Source: Octopus vulgaris (Eukaryota). Taken from it: a DNA stretch of 64,000 bases. Below, in pieces: positions 1-10,943 of the stretch. The position numbers were made by a program, and so were the translations under genes. The stretch's first letter is position 1. The number at the start of each line of letters is the position of its first letter. The stretch covers positions 13,950,001 through 14,014,000 of the forward strand of contig OX597822.1 of assembly GCA_951406725.2 (NCBI GenBank). The letters run 5' to 3'. Under the pieces are notes generated by a model. That model was not told the origin of the DNA, did not search any database, and worked only from the letters and a program-made list of their open reading frames with translations.

Positions 1-119
1 AACAGGATCCCTAGATCCAGCCTTAGATGTGATCTTGGAACCTAATGGTTGACCAACTATACCACTTAACCAGCGTACCTATTAGTTTAGATCACCAGTA
101 AACTATACCCTTCGTATGC

Positions 120-157
<38 letters not shown>

Positions 158-183
158 CATGTATGCGTATGTGTATGTATGTG

Positions 184-311
184 TAATCAGCCGAAATTGT
201 GAAGATGATCCGGTTCTTGACTGAAGATTGGAGGCTTCGAATGTCCCGTCCGTGTTTTTTGTATCGTCTTCTAAATGTTTCACGTTCTTGTCCCAGTTTG
301 TATTTTTTCAC

Positions 312-314
<3 letters not shown>
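184..314 (+). mobile_element. Short interspersed repeat, probably a Penelope-like terminal fragment between microsatellites
   Basis: Near-identical to the reverse complement of ~16560-16680 and related to 10722-10880. Contains GAAA and CTGAAGA hammerhead-like halves. Confidence 0.55.

Positions 315-315
<1 letters not shown>

Positions 316-407
<92 letters not shown>
316..407. repeat. (CA)n(TA)n compound microsatellite, representative of dozens in the window
   Basis: Seen directly in the sequence. Confidence 0.95.
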
Positions 408-409
<2 letters not shown>

Positions 410-684
410 TGGGAGGTGGAGCGTGTATATATATATATATATATATATTTAAAAAAGGAGATGTGGAACACGAGTTGTGATATATAAAAATGGAAATGAA
501 GAAAATGCTGACAAAATAATTTAAGTAATTTAAGTAATTTAATTAGGTGAAAGTTCTTTTTACCGGTTGCGCATTTGTTATGCTTATCAAAATATATTTT
601 TTAAAGAGAGATTAGAGTTCCTTTTCTGATAGATTTTTTCCTCTTATCTGACAAATTATTTTGTCAGCATTTTCTTCATTTCTT

Positions 685-749
<65 letters not shown>

Positions 750-941
750 GTGTGTGTCTGTGTATAACTATATGTACATGTTAACTATTTACAATGGAAG
801 CCTTTTGGTATTAATACTGATTCCATCGCTAACAATTAATTTTTAATTAGCCTGATTGCTATTTGCGGCATCAGAGTCTGAAAAGATGCTTCAATTCTAC
901 ACATCATAGCAGCGAGATTTGACTGTCATGCGGTAATCGGT

Positions 942-991
942 GGTTCGCGCTGAAGAGGTTAAATAGGCCGAAATCACGTGATGCGGGAACC
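942..991 (+). ncRNA. Type I hammerhead ribozyme-like motif with non-canonical AUG triplet
   Basis: GGTTCGCG-CTGAAGA-GGTT aaata GGCC-GAAA-TCACGTGA-TG-CGGGAACC. Stems I, II and a palindromic stem III all form. Confidence 0.6.
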
Positions 992-1269
992 CCATGGCCC
1001 ACGTCTGACAACAATGTATATCTGCTTTTATGCACGAAGCCTCTATACGAAAGGCTCTTCCGAGGCTAATAGTGCAGTATTCCGTATATTAAAAAAGCAT
1101 GTTCATATCCTCTGTGATTCGGTGGTCCAACACAACAGAGCCATTGAATAAGTAAGAGACTTAAAGAATAAGAATTGTTGTCCGTTTGGTCGATTCAACT
1201 CATCAAGGCCGTTGTCCAATCCCTGAAAGAAATAAAAGATGAAATATATCTACCGTACATATGTAATGT

Positions 1270-1322
<53 letters not shown>

Positions 1323-1699
1323 CGTGCATGTGTGCGTGCGTGCGTGCGTAAGCGTATGTGTAATAGATAATTAGCTAGATTGGTAGACAGATAGACAGAC
1401 AGACAGACAGACAGACGGACAAGCATGTAGGCAAGTATGCAAGTAGGTAAGCAGGTAGATTTGTAAGAAAGAAAAAAGGGAGATGGATGGAAGGAAGGAA
1501 GAAAGAAAGAAAGGCAGGAAGGTGTGACAGGTAAAAAAGACACAGAGACAACAGGAATGTCGTGACGTTGATTGTGCATATCGAAGACATGGCTGAGAGA
1601 AAATAACAGAAAAGGCGTCTTCTCAAATAACTGACATTTTTTTTCACATCACTACACTATGTGTGTATGTGTGTATGTGTGTGTGTGCGTGTGCGCGCG

Positions 1700-1723
<24 letters not shown>

Positions 1724-1731
<8 letters not shown>

Positions 1732-1870
1732 TGAGAATGTGTGTCTGTCTGTGTGTTTCCCTAAAACTTGAGAACTACACAACCAATTTCATTCAAATTT
1801 TACACTTGCCTTACTTAGGGTCCGGGGAGTGTCATCGGCAAAAAAAATGTTTACTACACAAAACCTAAAC
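1724..1870 (+). mobile_element. Possible non-autonomous Helitron/Helentron-like 5' fragment
   Basis: ATATAAAA...GTCTGTCTG...AACTACACAACCAATTTCATTCAAATTT resembles invertebrate non-autonomous rolling-circle element 5' regions. Recognition only. Confidence 0.35.
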
Positions 1871-1919
1871 TTTATGCTTATTGCCTCCCCCCACACACAC
1901 ACACTTATATAGAGAGAGA

Positions 1920-1975
<56 letters not shown>

Positions 1976-2128
1976 TAGGTAGGTGCCCCAAATTTTCTTT
2001 TGAGGTTATCATCTATTGTGAAATATTTTAATTTCTGTCTTAAAGGGAAGTAGCCCTTCTTGTTCGAGAACCGCCACCACCACCACCACCACGAGCAACA
2101 ACAGCAACAACAATATGAACAACAGTAC

Positions 2129-2548
2129 CTATTTCTTTACTACCCACACAAGGGGCTAAATACAGAGGAGACAAACAAGGACAGGCAAACGGATTAAGTC
2201 GATTACATCGACCCCATTGCGTAACTGGTAATTAATTTATCGACCCCGAAAGGATGAAAGGCAAAGTCGACCTCGGCGGAATTTGAACTCAGAACGCAAC
2301 GGCAGACGAAATACCTACTTCTTTACTACCCACAATGGGCTAAACACAGAGGGGACAAACAAAGACAGACAGACGGATTAAGTCGATTATATCGACCCCA
2401 GTGCGTAACTGGTACTTAATTTATCGACCCCGAAAGGATGAAAGGCAAAGTCGACTTCGGCGGAATTTGAACTCTCAACGTAACGGCAGACGAAATACCG
2501 CTAAGCATTTCGCCCGGCGTTCTAACGTTTCTGCCAGCTCGCTGCCTG
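2129..2548 (-). mobile_element. SINE family 1 with ~185 bp internal tandem duplication
   Basis: B-box-like GAGTTCAAATTCC and central GCCTTTCATCCTTTCGGGGTCGATAAATTAAGTACC, with many copies in the window. TSD tatgaaca(a/g)cagtac at 2114-2128 and 2549-2563. Confidence 0.85.
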
Positions 2549-3067
2549 TATGAACAGCAGTACCGACATCATCATCTGCATTAGCACATGAAACTCCTCT
2601 ACCAATATCTATTACATCACCGTAAAGTACACCACAGACATCGGCGCTACCGCTACAACCAAAACCTCGCCGCCACCACTACAAGAATACTTTCAGCATG
2701 CTGTAGCATCACTATCACCACCAATACCACCACCATTACCACTATGGTTTTGCATCAATATCACTTACCACAAGTATCGCTTCTTCCATCATCATCATCG
2801 TCGTCGTCACCACAAGCCACCCCCACCGCCAACACCAACAACAACAGCAACAACATCAACAACACCAGCACCATTCAGTTTTAGCTTGTCTGTATTTATA
2901 AAAACAGTAAAGAGACACCTTGGCTTTCCTGTCTCTTATCTTTGAATCTCATGCGAGAGAGAGAGAGAGAGAGAGCTGTAAAGAAGGGAGGGTTTTTTAT
3001 TTTCGGGAGGAAGGATTAAACAAATACAAGAAACGCTGTGATGCTTTGATGGAATACCCAGACATCA

Positions 3068-3330
3068 CATGGCTGTGTAGTTAAGAACCTCGCTTTGCAA
3101 CCATGTGATTTCGAGTTCGGTTCCACTGCGAGGCACCTCAGACAAGTATTTTCTACTACATTCCTGAGTTTGACCGACTTGAGAATGGATTTGGTAAACG
3201 GAAACTGTGTGGAATTCCGTCGTATTTTTACATATGTATGTATGTGTGCGTGTGTCTGTTTTTGTAGTTTCCCCCCATCCAAGTTCTTGAGAACCGGTGT
3301 TGGTTTGTTTACATCGCAGAAAATTAGCGG
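3068..3330 (+). mobile_element. tRNA-derived SINE family 2, 3' truncated
   Basis: A-box-like TGGCTGTGTAGTTAAG and B-box-like GAGTTCGGTTCC. Homologous to 15830-16255, 28165-28320, 34925-35285 and 53260-53410. Confidence 0.75.
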
Positions 3331-3621
3331 AACCTATTGAAATCTGTCTCGTTTTATGACTACGAAGATGACTCATGAGTCCACCTTTACTGAGGCATGG
3401 TCTTGCACAGACATTGCATGTCAGAATCAAAGGAAGACCCTTCCCTTCTGGAAGTTTGACAGCGATTCCCTTCCTGACATCCCTCCTTACTTTCTCATGT
3501 GCAACTCGAGATTTCTCAAACGTGGCTGTCCCCTCATGCACAATCCTTCTCCACCTGCTACGATCAATAGCTATGCCTTCCCATGTGTCAGGAGAGATGC
3601 AAGCATCTCTTAAGGAAGCCT

Positions 3622-4698
3622 TCAGCAAGTCCTTATACCTCTTTTTTTTGGTTTATGCGGAGATCGTTCTCCTTTAGCTAACACCCCATAAAAGATTTGT
3701 TTTGGCATCATTGAATCCTTCATTCTGACCAGATGACCACTCCATCTGAGCCTTTGCTTTAACACAAGAGCTTCTATACTTACACACCGAGAGCCTTCGA
3801 GTATTTCAAGATCACTGATGCGGTCCTTCCACTTAATGCTATAGATCCGTCTGAGGCACATCTGATGGAAATGTTCCAGATGTTTAAGGTGGTATCGATA
3901 TGTGACCCACGTCTCGCAGGCATAGAGAAGAGAAGGGAGCACACATGCCTTGTACACCTTTATCTTTGTCTTTCTGCATATGTCTCGCCGACTCCAGAGG
4001 CGCTTTTCTAGCCTTCCGAAAGCAACACTTGCTTTCCTAATTCTATATGGAACTTCATCATCCACATTGCCATATCTATTAATAGTGCTTCCCAGGTAGA
4101 CAAACTGATCGACTACATCAAGTCGTTTACCATTCACATAGATATTTGGTACACTATACTGCTTACCAGGGGCAGGTTGATGCATGACAACAGTTTTCTT
4201 GAGATTGACTGTCAATCCTAAGGCAGTGCAAGCATCAGAGAATGCATTCAAAATGTGTTGCATATCAATCTCTGTGTGTGCTACTAGCTCACAATCATCA
4301 GCATACAAAAGGTCTCTTATGATAGAGGTAAATATCTTTGTTTTTGCAGCAAGGCGCTTGATATTAAATATGCTGCCAGAGGTTCGATAATGGACGTAAA
4401 CACCGTATCTGCAGTTTCTGAATGCAATACAGAACACCATCGCGAAATATATGAAAAATAGGGTCGGTGCCAGAATATCCCCCTGTTTCATTCCATTTTG
4501 TATTGAAATGAGCTCCGACATTTTCCCTCTAACATTCACCCTACCATTCATGTCTTCATGAAAAGACCTAACCAAAGCAAGGAAGTTTTCAGGACACCCA
4601 AGTTTCTGGAGGACTTTCCACAATGCTTTTCTATTGACGGTATCAAAGGCTTTTGTCAGATCGACAAAAACGTGATACAAATCCAGACCCTGTTCCAC
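3622..4698 (-). CDS. Reverse transcriptase core and thumb portion of the RTE ORF (358 aa fragment)
   Basis: ORF track shows DLTKAFD, QG..L.P, YADD and YLG motifs. Confidence 0.85.
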   Translation of the reverse strand: MEQGLDLYHVFVDLTKAFDTVNRKALWKVLQKLGCPENFLALVRSFHEDMNGRVNVRGKMSELISIQNGMKQGDILAPTLFFIYFAMVFCIAFRNCRYGVYVHYRTSGSIFNIKRLAAKTKIFTSIIRDLLYADDCELVAHTEIDMQHILNAFSDACTALGLTVNLKKTVVMHQPAPGKQYSVPNIYVNGKRLDVVDQFVYLGSTINRYGNVDDEVPYRIRKASVAFGRLEKRLWSRRDICRKTKIKVYKACVLPSLLYACETWVTYRYHLKHLEHFHQMCLRRIYSIKWKDRISDLEILEGSRCVSIEALVLKQRLRWSGHLVRMKDSMMPKQIFYGVLAKGERSPHKPKKRGIRTC

Positions 4699-5789
4699 AC
4701 ACTTCTCCTGAAGCTGTCAAGCTGAAAAGATCATATCAGCAGTGCCACGTCCCACACGAAAGCCAGATTGACTTTCTGGAAGAACACAATCTGCAATGTA
4801 TTTCAGCAGACGATCCAGAAGTATCCGGCATAAAACCTTTCCTACAGCAGACAGCAATGATACACCCCTATAATTACCACAATCATTCCTGTTTCCCTTT
4901 CCCTTATACAGGACCACCATTACTGCATCTCTCCAGTCCTCAGGTACAGATTCACTAGTCCATATCTTACCAAACAAAGAGTGAAGTTTCTGCAGAAGTT
5001 TCTCACCACCATGCTGTAACAACTCCGCATGTATGCCATCCATACCTGGAGACTTCCCATTATTCAACCTTGAGACAGCCATTGCAACTTCTTCCAACTT
5101 TGGTGGTTCTGCGAGTGCTGCCTTCACAGGTAATCCAGGGATGAGATTGAGAACATCCTCACTAACTACAGACTGCTGATTCAAAAGTTCATCAAAGTGT
5201 TCTTGCCACCTTTGCAGAATTCCTTGTGAATCACGAAGAGGTTCTTTACCATCCCTGCTTCGAATTGGTGTCATCAGGGAAGATGTCGGTCCATAAACTT
5301 CTCGCAAGAGACCATACAACAGCTTTGTGTTATTGGAATCTGATGCCGCCTGTATCTCGTCAGCCTTCTTACTCCACCACGTATCCCTCATCTGAGAGAG
5401 CTTTTGCCTCACACGTGATTTTACGTCCTTGAGTTCCCTATGCAGCACTTCCCTTTCCTGTGACTACTGACAAATAGCGTGACAAAGTACGTCTTTTATC
5501 AGCCAATAAATCATCTATATGTTCATCATTTTCTTTGAACCAATCTTGATGCTTTCTTTGTATCAATCCCAGAACTTTTTTGCCTATATCATAAACTGAC
5601 TTTTTAAGGGTCGGCCAATCCTCCCCAATATCTGCAGCATTCATTTCCTCTCGTAAAGTTCTCTTCACACTATTATACCTAAGACGATCAACATTCAGTC
5701 TTTTAGGCAGGGTCATCCCTGCAGCTCGGATTTTATGTTTTGTGACTAATTTCACTTTTGCACGTACTAGGCGGTGGCCAGTCCAACAC

Positions 5790-6296
5790 TCAGCTCCACG
5801 AAGAACACGAACACACTGCACATCCTTGTCTGTCACGCACCCTAACTAGGATGTAATCCAGAATATGCCATTCTTTAGATGTAGAGTGCATCCATGTAGT
5901 CTTAAACTTATTCTTTTGTTGAAACATGGTATTGGTAACACACAGACTCAACTCCTCACACATCTGAAGCAAAAGCATGCCATTACTATTACATTTCCCC
6001 ACCCCATGCTTTCCAATTACAGTCCATGTGTTAAAATCCCTACCCACTCTAGCATTAAAGTCACCCAGTACAATGACTTTGTCTGCCCGAGGGATATTTC
6101 TTATAATGCCCTTCAAAGCATGGTAGAAAGAAAGTTTTTCGTCATCAGTATAGCACATAGTTGGAGCATACACACTCACCAAGGTCATATAATTTCCTTT
6201 AGCCAAAGGAATTCTCATGGACATAAGACGCTCGTTAATTCCGATTGGGAATTCTTCCAACTTGTCCACAAGAGTAGTTTTAACAGCAAATGCCAC
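5790..6296 (-). CDS. APE-type endonuclease fragment of the RTE ORF
   Basis: ORF track shows SVYAPT, GDFNARVG and LDYILV motifs. Confidence 0.8.
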   Translation of the reverse strand: MAFAVKTTLVDKLEEFPIGINERLMSMRIPLAKGNYMTLVSVYAPTMCYTDDEKLSFYHALKGIIRNIPRADKVIVLGDFNARVGRDFNTWTVIGKHGVGKCNSNGMLLLQMCEELSLCVTNTMFQQKNKFKTTWMHSTSKEWHILDYILVRVRDRQGCAVCSCSSWS

Positions 6297-7852
6297 TCCA
6301 GCTTCTCCTCTAAGCTCTTCATCTCTCCCTTTCCAGAAGAATATATATTTTCCACAAGATTCTGTAAGATGACCATCTCCAGGTAATCTCGTCTCAGATA
6401 AAGCAATGATGTCAGATCATAGCATTGAAGCTCCTTCGCAACAAGCGCAGTCCTTCTTTCAGGACATTCAGAGGACTTGTGGTCAAGCAGTGTCCGTACA
6501 TTCCAACAGTCAATATTCATTATTTTCTTTGGTTCTATCACAGTAGCATGATGACGGCCGGGTTCAGATTGTGATGCTCTGGAGCCCCTGCCGGGCCAGA
6601 CTCTTTCAGCCGATGTGGTTCCAGATTCCTTTCTGCCATTTATTTTTATACTGTTTTGGTACATCATTGATTTTTGCTTTTTAAGGCTACAGTCAGCCAT
6701 TCAGCTGAGAGTCACAGCACTATCAACAGTCATGAATTAGTTAATCACTTTAATCAATCCAATGTAGTTATCATGCAATACCTGTGCGAAAAGATTTTTT
6801 TTAAAGTGAGGAAAGGCTGTGCACTGAGTCAATCCCACTCACTAAGCAACAGCAGCCATAATCCGAAAAGAAGAACAAGTCAACATCATCGGTAACCACT
6901 GAGCCGCAAGTTTTATGTCAGAGTTATCCCAGTTACCTTCTCCTAGAAGGTTGCCCTAACAAAGGCTAGGAGTCCTTCACTCACAATGGTTTAACCGCGC
7001 AATCGGGTATTCAGTCCGATTATTTCTATGTCCCCGCGCATGATACAGCCTTAAGCCTTAAGAAGAAGAAAAAAACACATTTATTGGATGGCCGTTGACT
7101 CTCAAGAGTTCCTCCGCCCTTTGACGGGTTTTGTTTTTCATCCCGCAGGGTGTCCAATAAACACCCTCCTCACCAAGCAAGCTTGGTGGGGTTACCGGTC
7201 TAGTCGCCGACAACCCGACCATGCAACAGGTTGTTCTGGGTTACATGTTACCAGTAGCACTCGAAAGTGACCTGCTATACAAAAAAATACAGTTAAATGT
7301 ACAAAAGATGTAAGGATACAATGGTTGGTGAAGAAGAAAGTATGATTTAAATTCGCTTTCTGCATATATTTGTGTGCGGTGCGTGCTGATATATAAAACT
7401 GTGTGTACGGGTTTTCGAGAAAAAACTGTGTGTATAATTTTTTCTAGAATTCTGTTTTTCCCTTCTTTGTATTTCAGATGGTTTTTCTTTAAATATGTCT
7501 TGTTACGTTTTCATTCAAAAGTTATTCAGATAATGATTTTATTTTATTTTATTCTTTTGTTCCGATCAAAAATCGCAGTTAATTTTTAAATTTCGTAAAA
7601 TCCATTATTTGCAATGTTTATAATTACTACATTCGCAAAAGATTCTTCCTGTTTAATATATTTCACTTTATACTTCCTCAAGTCAATACTCAGTCATTCA
7701 GAAAGACATTCAAGGCTTTTTTGAGTTTTATTTATAATAGCCTTCGCAGCTTTTCAGAAATTTCTTGGCGATTTTCTGTATATATTATAAAAATAGGATC
7801 ACATGCGGTCGTATCGTACAAGAGACACGGTCGCACGCGGTCATATTCTTAA

Positions 7853-8790
7853 TGATTTATTACTGACCAGATAATACATGCAGCGGCAATAGAACACAAG
7901 TGGAATGACAACAAGATTTCTTTTTGAGATATATACATTATTTATTTTACATATTTTACAATCATGTTGGTTGGAAGTTTGTAAGTGTTAGCATGTTTTT
8001 GTGTCTGTGTGTTCGTGAAGCATAAAAGGTACTGACCAGAGGAATAACAATGGAATTTGGTTCACAGTTCATGTTGTTGGTATCAGCCTAGCAACAGGTA
8101 GTAGCAGATGGCTTAAGGTAGTTCTTAGAAGAACTAGAACTCAAGAAAGATAATTGATTTATCGTTTATGAGGTACACGGAGGGTAAGAGTTCCATATCA
8201 AGATGTTGCGTCTCGTAGTTGAGATTAATTGAATCACTTGTTGTGTTTTATCTTTCTCTTGATATGAATATACCTCCAGATATATTAACTGTAGCCGATT
8301 TTCCCGTGGTGAGATTTTCACCTAACCGCTAGAGTTGAATCGGTGGTTGTCTTGTGTACAAATTAAATCTTCGATGTTTGGCGATGAGTTGTGTCTGTCG
8401 CTTGGTTTTTTGCTGCGTCTTCATCATATATTCTGCTTGGTTATTTTTCTCTTGATATAATGGTGGTCGCCTGCCTTTCGAACTGGAACATGGTCGAGTA
8501 TGCTCTGTGTGGTCAGAGGTCCGTTCTGAGAAGAACTAGAACCAAAGACGAACTCTGTGGTCAGAGGTTCGCCCTGAGAAGGACTTGAACCAAAGACGAA
8601 TATTTGTCTGAGAACCCTTCTTTATATAAGGTTTATGTGGTTCAAAATGGACCTCAGAAATGGAAAGCTGTGATTGGCTGCTTGGAACAATGGCGCGAAA
8701 ATAAGCGGAGGCAAATCGCGTCACGTGACAACCAGCGGTGCGAACGTAGTAGAGACCACGTGTCAGCCAATCGAATTAGTGTTTACAACA
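7853..8790 (-). mobile_element. Possible solo LTR or promoter-bearing repeat
   Basis: Minus strand runs TG...CA with CACGTG boxes, TTTTCGCGCC, CCAAT, TTATATAAAG, ~47 bp tandem units (8503-8600) and a late AATAAA. No TSD found. Confidence 0.3.
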
Positions 8791-8878
8791 ATGTTAAACT
8801 AGCCGAAGATGTTTGTAATCTCGAACGAGATTATTCTTAATACTCTTCTCAAACGGTGAAGATAGCAATGAGTGTATA

Positions 8879-8909
<31 letters not shown>

Positions 8910-9544
8910 ACACCCACATACGCATACACACACACGCATACACACGCACACATACACGCACACACAACTACACGCACATACGACACACACACACAAATGA
9001 ACCCACACATACATCCCATACACACGGCACACACTCATACATACACGCACACAATTATAGATATGTATACGCACATACAAACACACGCACACATACACAA
9101 AGTATAGCGCAGTTATTCGCCACACACACGAATACACGCATACACACACGAATACACGCATACACACACACACACACACACACTACAAACAAAACGCACA
9201 CACAATACATATGCATACACGCACACACACACATACTTCAAACTATCAGTACCTTTCATTGACCATTTTTCCACATGGGTGGTTTAGAGACAAGAGCCAC
9301 TCCTAATCCATTCTTCCTTGACCTTAAACAATACTAAGCCCTACCACACACATAGATTAACAGCCACAACCACACACACACACGCACATACACACGTGTT
9401 ATCATTGCACACATACACACACACGCACACGCAGACCTGCGCGCACGCACATATACACACTTACACACACACATACCTCCTCTTGCATTCTCCTATCTTT
9501 GAAAGAACTTTTTCTTCACCTATTCCCTTCCGGGAATGTTAAAG

Positions 9545-10310
9545 GTTAATATAGTATATTTCATATTATTATTATATTAAAAAGTTAAAGTTTGAAAAAT
9601 ATAGGAATACTCAAAAATTTTTTTATTTAAAGTATTTAAAAGTTCGAGTTGTGGAATGTATGCAAGATAATCCCAATTCCAGTTTTTCATAGATGACTAG
9701 AAAAACTTCACTGTAATCTTGAATTTGGAACTTTCCCTAAATCTAATCTAGTTTTAAAATTTAAAGCTATTCCCCCAGTTATAAAATACGATACCTACTA
9801 AAAATAAGTGATAGTTTTGTTTCCCTTACCCTTTGTAAAGAATTTAATGACCTCTCGACACTTGACCTAGTTTTCTTCTCACCACATAAAAAAATTGGCT
9901 TTTTGTTTAGTGACAACCTGAATTCTTTTATGGCATTCTGAATTCCTCCTCTTTCTACAACCAACTTGAATTCCTTTTATGGTATTCTAAAACCTTCCCT
10001 TACCCTCATTCCTAAAACTAAAAAATTCTTATAGCAGTCTGTTGCAAGCAGAGTTTTGGTCAGTCAGCATCTGAACTACACAACCGCATATGTCCCTAAA
10101 TTTATATCTACATCTTTATCTGTATATTTACCTTCCCTAAAATGTTACTACTTGATTTGAAAGCTTTTATATTATTGGAAAACCTATATAAATTGGCTGA
10201 AGAATACTCAGCATCTTAAATCTGCTGTAATATTTACAGCGTTTAATAAAATGTTGTAGTATGAAACAATTGTACCAAATGACCGGAATCATTCTTGTTG
10301 CTTATTTTTG
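9545..10310 (+). mobile_element. Decayed Penelope-like element 3' region ending at a (TA)n tract
   Basis: Terminal hammerhead and a tail shared with 11710-11900. Only a faint RT-like trace (FFIDD) upstream. Confidence 0.45.
10193..10278 (+). ncRNA. Hammerhead ribozyme, type I, canonical core, extended stem II
   Basis: TTGG-CTGAAGA-ATACTCAGCAT...GCTGTAA tat TTACAGC...ATGTTGTAGTAT-GAAAC-AATT-GTA-CCAA. Confidence 0.8.
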
Positions 10311-10321
10311 AGTATATATAT

Positions 10322-10506
10322 ACCGTTGTCGATTTTTTTCCTCTGTCTTCCCTTCTCGGGATCTTTCCTTCTCCTATGTTTCCGACGAAGAGCTCCGCTC
10401 GAAACGTTAAACCCTCCTTCTTCCCTTCTTTCCTGAGCGTCCAATAATACTATATTTGTTCCACGTCCTCGCGTTGTTGTGTTTTTTTGTGTTTTCTTGT
10501 TTGGAT

Positions 10507-10510
<4 letters not shown>
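10322..10510 (+). mobile_element. Penelope-related short element family A, hammerhead motif at 10378-10412
   Basis: GTTT-CCGACGA-A-GAGC tcc GCTC-GAAAC-GTT-AAAC. Four copies in the window, all next to (TA)n. Confidence 0.7.
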
Positions 10511-10595
<85 letters not shown>

Positions 10596-10644
10596 GTATA
10601 TACGCACAGATACACACACACACACATACACATATATATATATA

Positions 10645-10696
<52 letters not shown>

Positions 10697-10880
10697 GTGT
10701 GTTTGATATATATAGTCTCAAATAACAGGCCGAAACTGTAATTATGATTGGATGCTTGACTGATGAATAGAAAGCCAAGAATGTTCCGTCCTGGTGTTCC
10801 TGCCCGTCTTTGTATTGTCATTCTGTCTGAATGGTTTTTATTGTCGTCCGTTACGTTCTTGTTCAGTTTCTTCATTATTT

Positions 10881-10943
<63 letters not shown>

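Larger units (their letters stand above)
3340..6700 (-). pseudogene. Frameshifted RTE ORF (APE endonuclease-reverse transcriptase)
   Basis: Motifs WNVRTL, GDFNARVG, TWMH..WHILDYILV, GKSPGMDGI, NYRGVSLLS, QSGFR, FVDLTKAFDTV, QGDILAP, LYADD, YLGS, RLRWSGH and CNVC..SHLRSH. Split by about 5 frameshifts. Confidence 0.93.
3331..7277 (-). mobile_element. RTE-clade non-LTR retrotransposon (LINE), near full length with 5' UTR, 3' UTR missing
   Basis: Collinear APE endonuclease, RT and C-terminal C2H2-type zinc finger across six ORF pieces. The 5' UTR has TAGGGCAACC..CTAGGAGAAGG..AACTCTGA, a motif typical of RTE UTRs. Confidence 0.93.

Noticed and set aside
7221-7275. Canonical HDV-like ribozyme call
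   Set aside because: A G-U-initiated P1 fits, but the L3 pyrimidines, P1.1 GG and a direct P2-P3 junction do not. It is reported as an unclassified structure instead.
8503-8600. Short repeated units resembling a CRISPR array
   Set aside because: Two tandem ~47 bp units with no unique spacers, no cas genes and a eukaryotic context.
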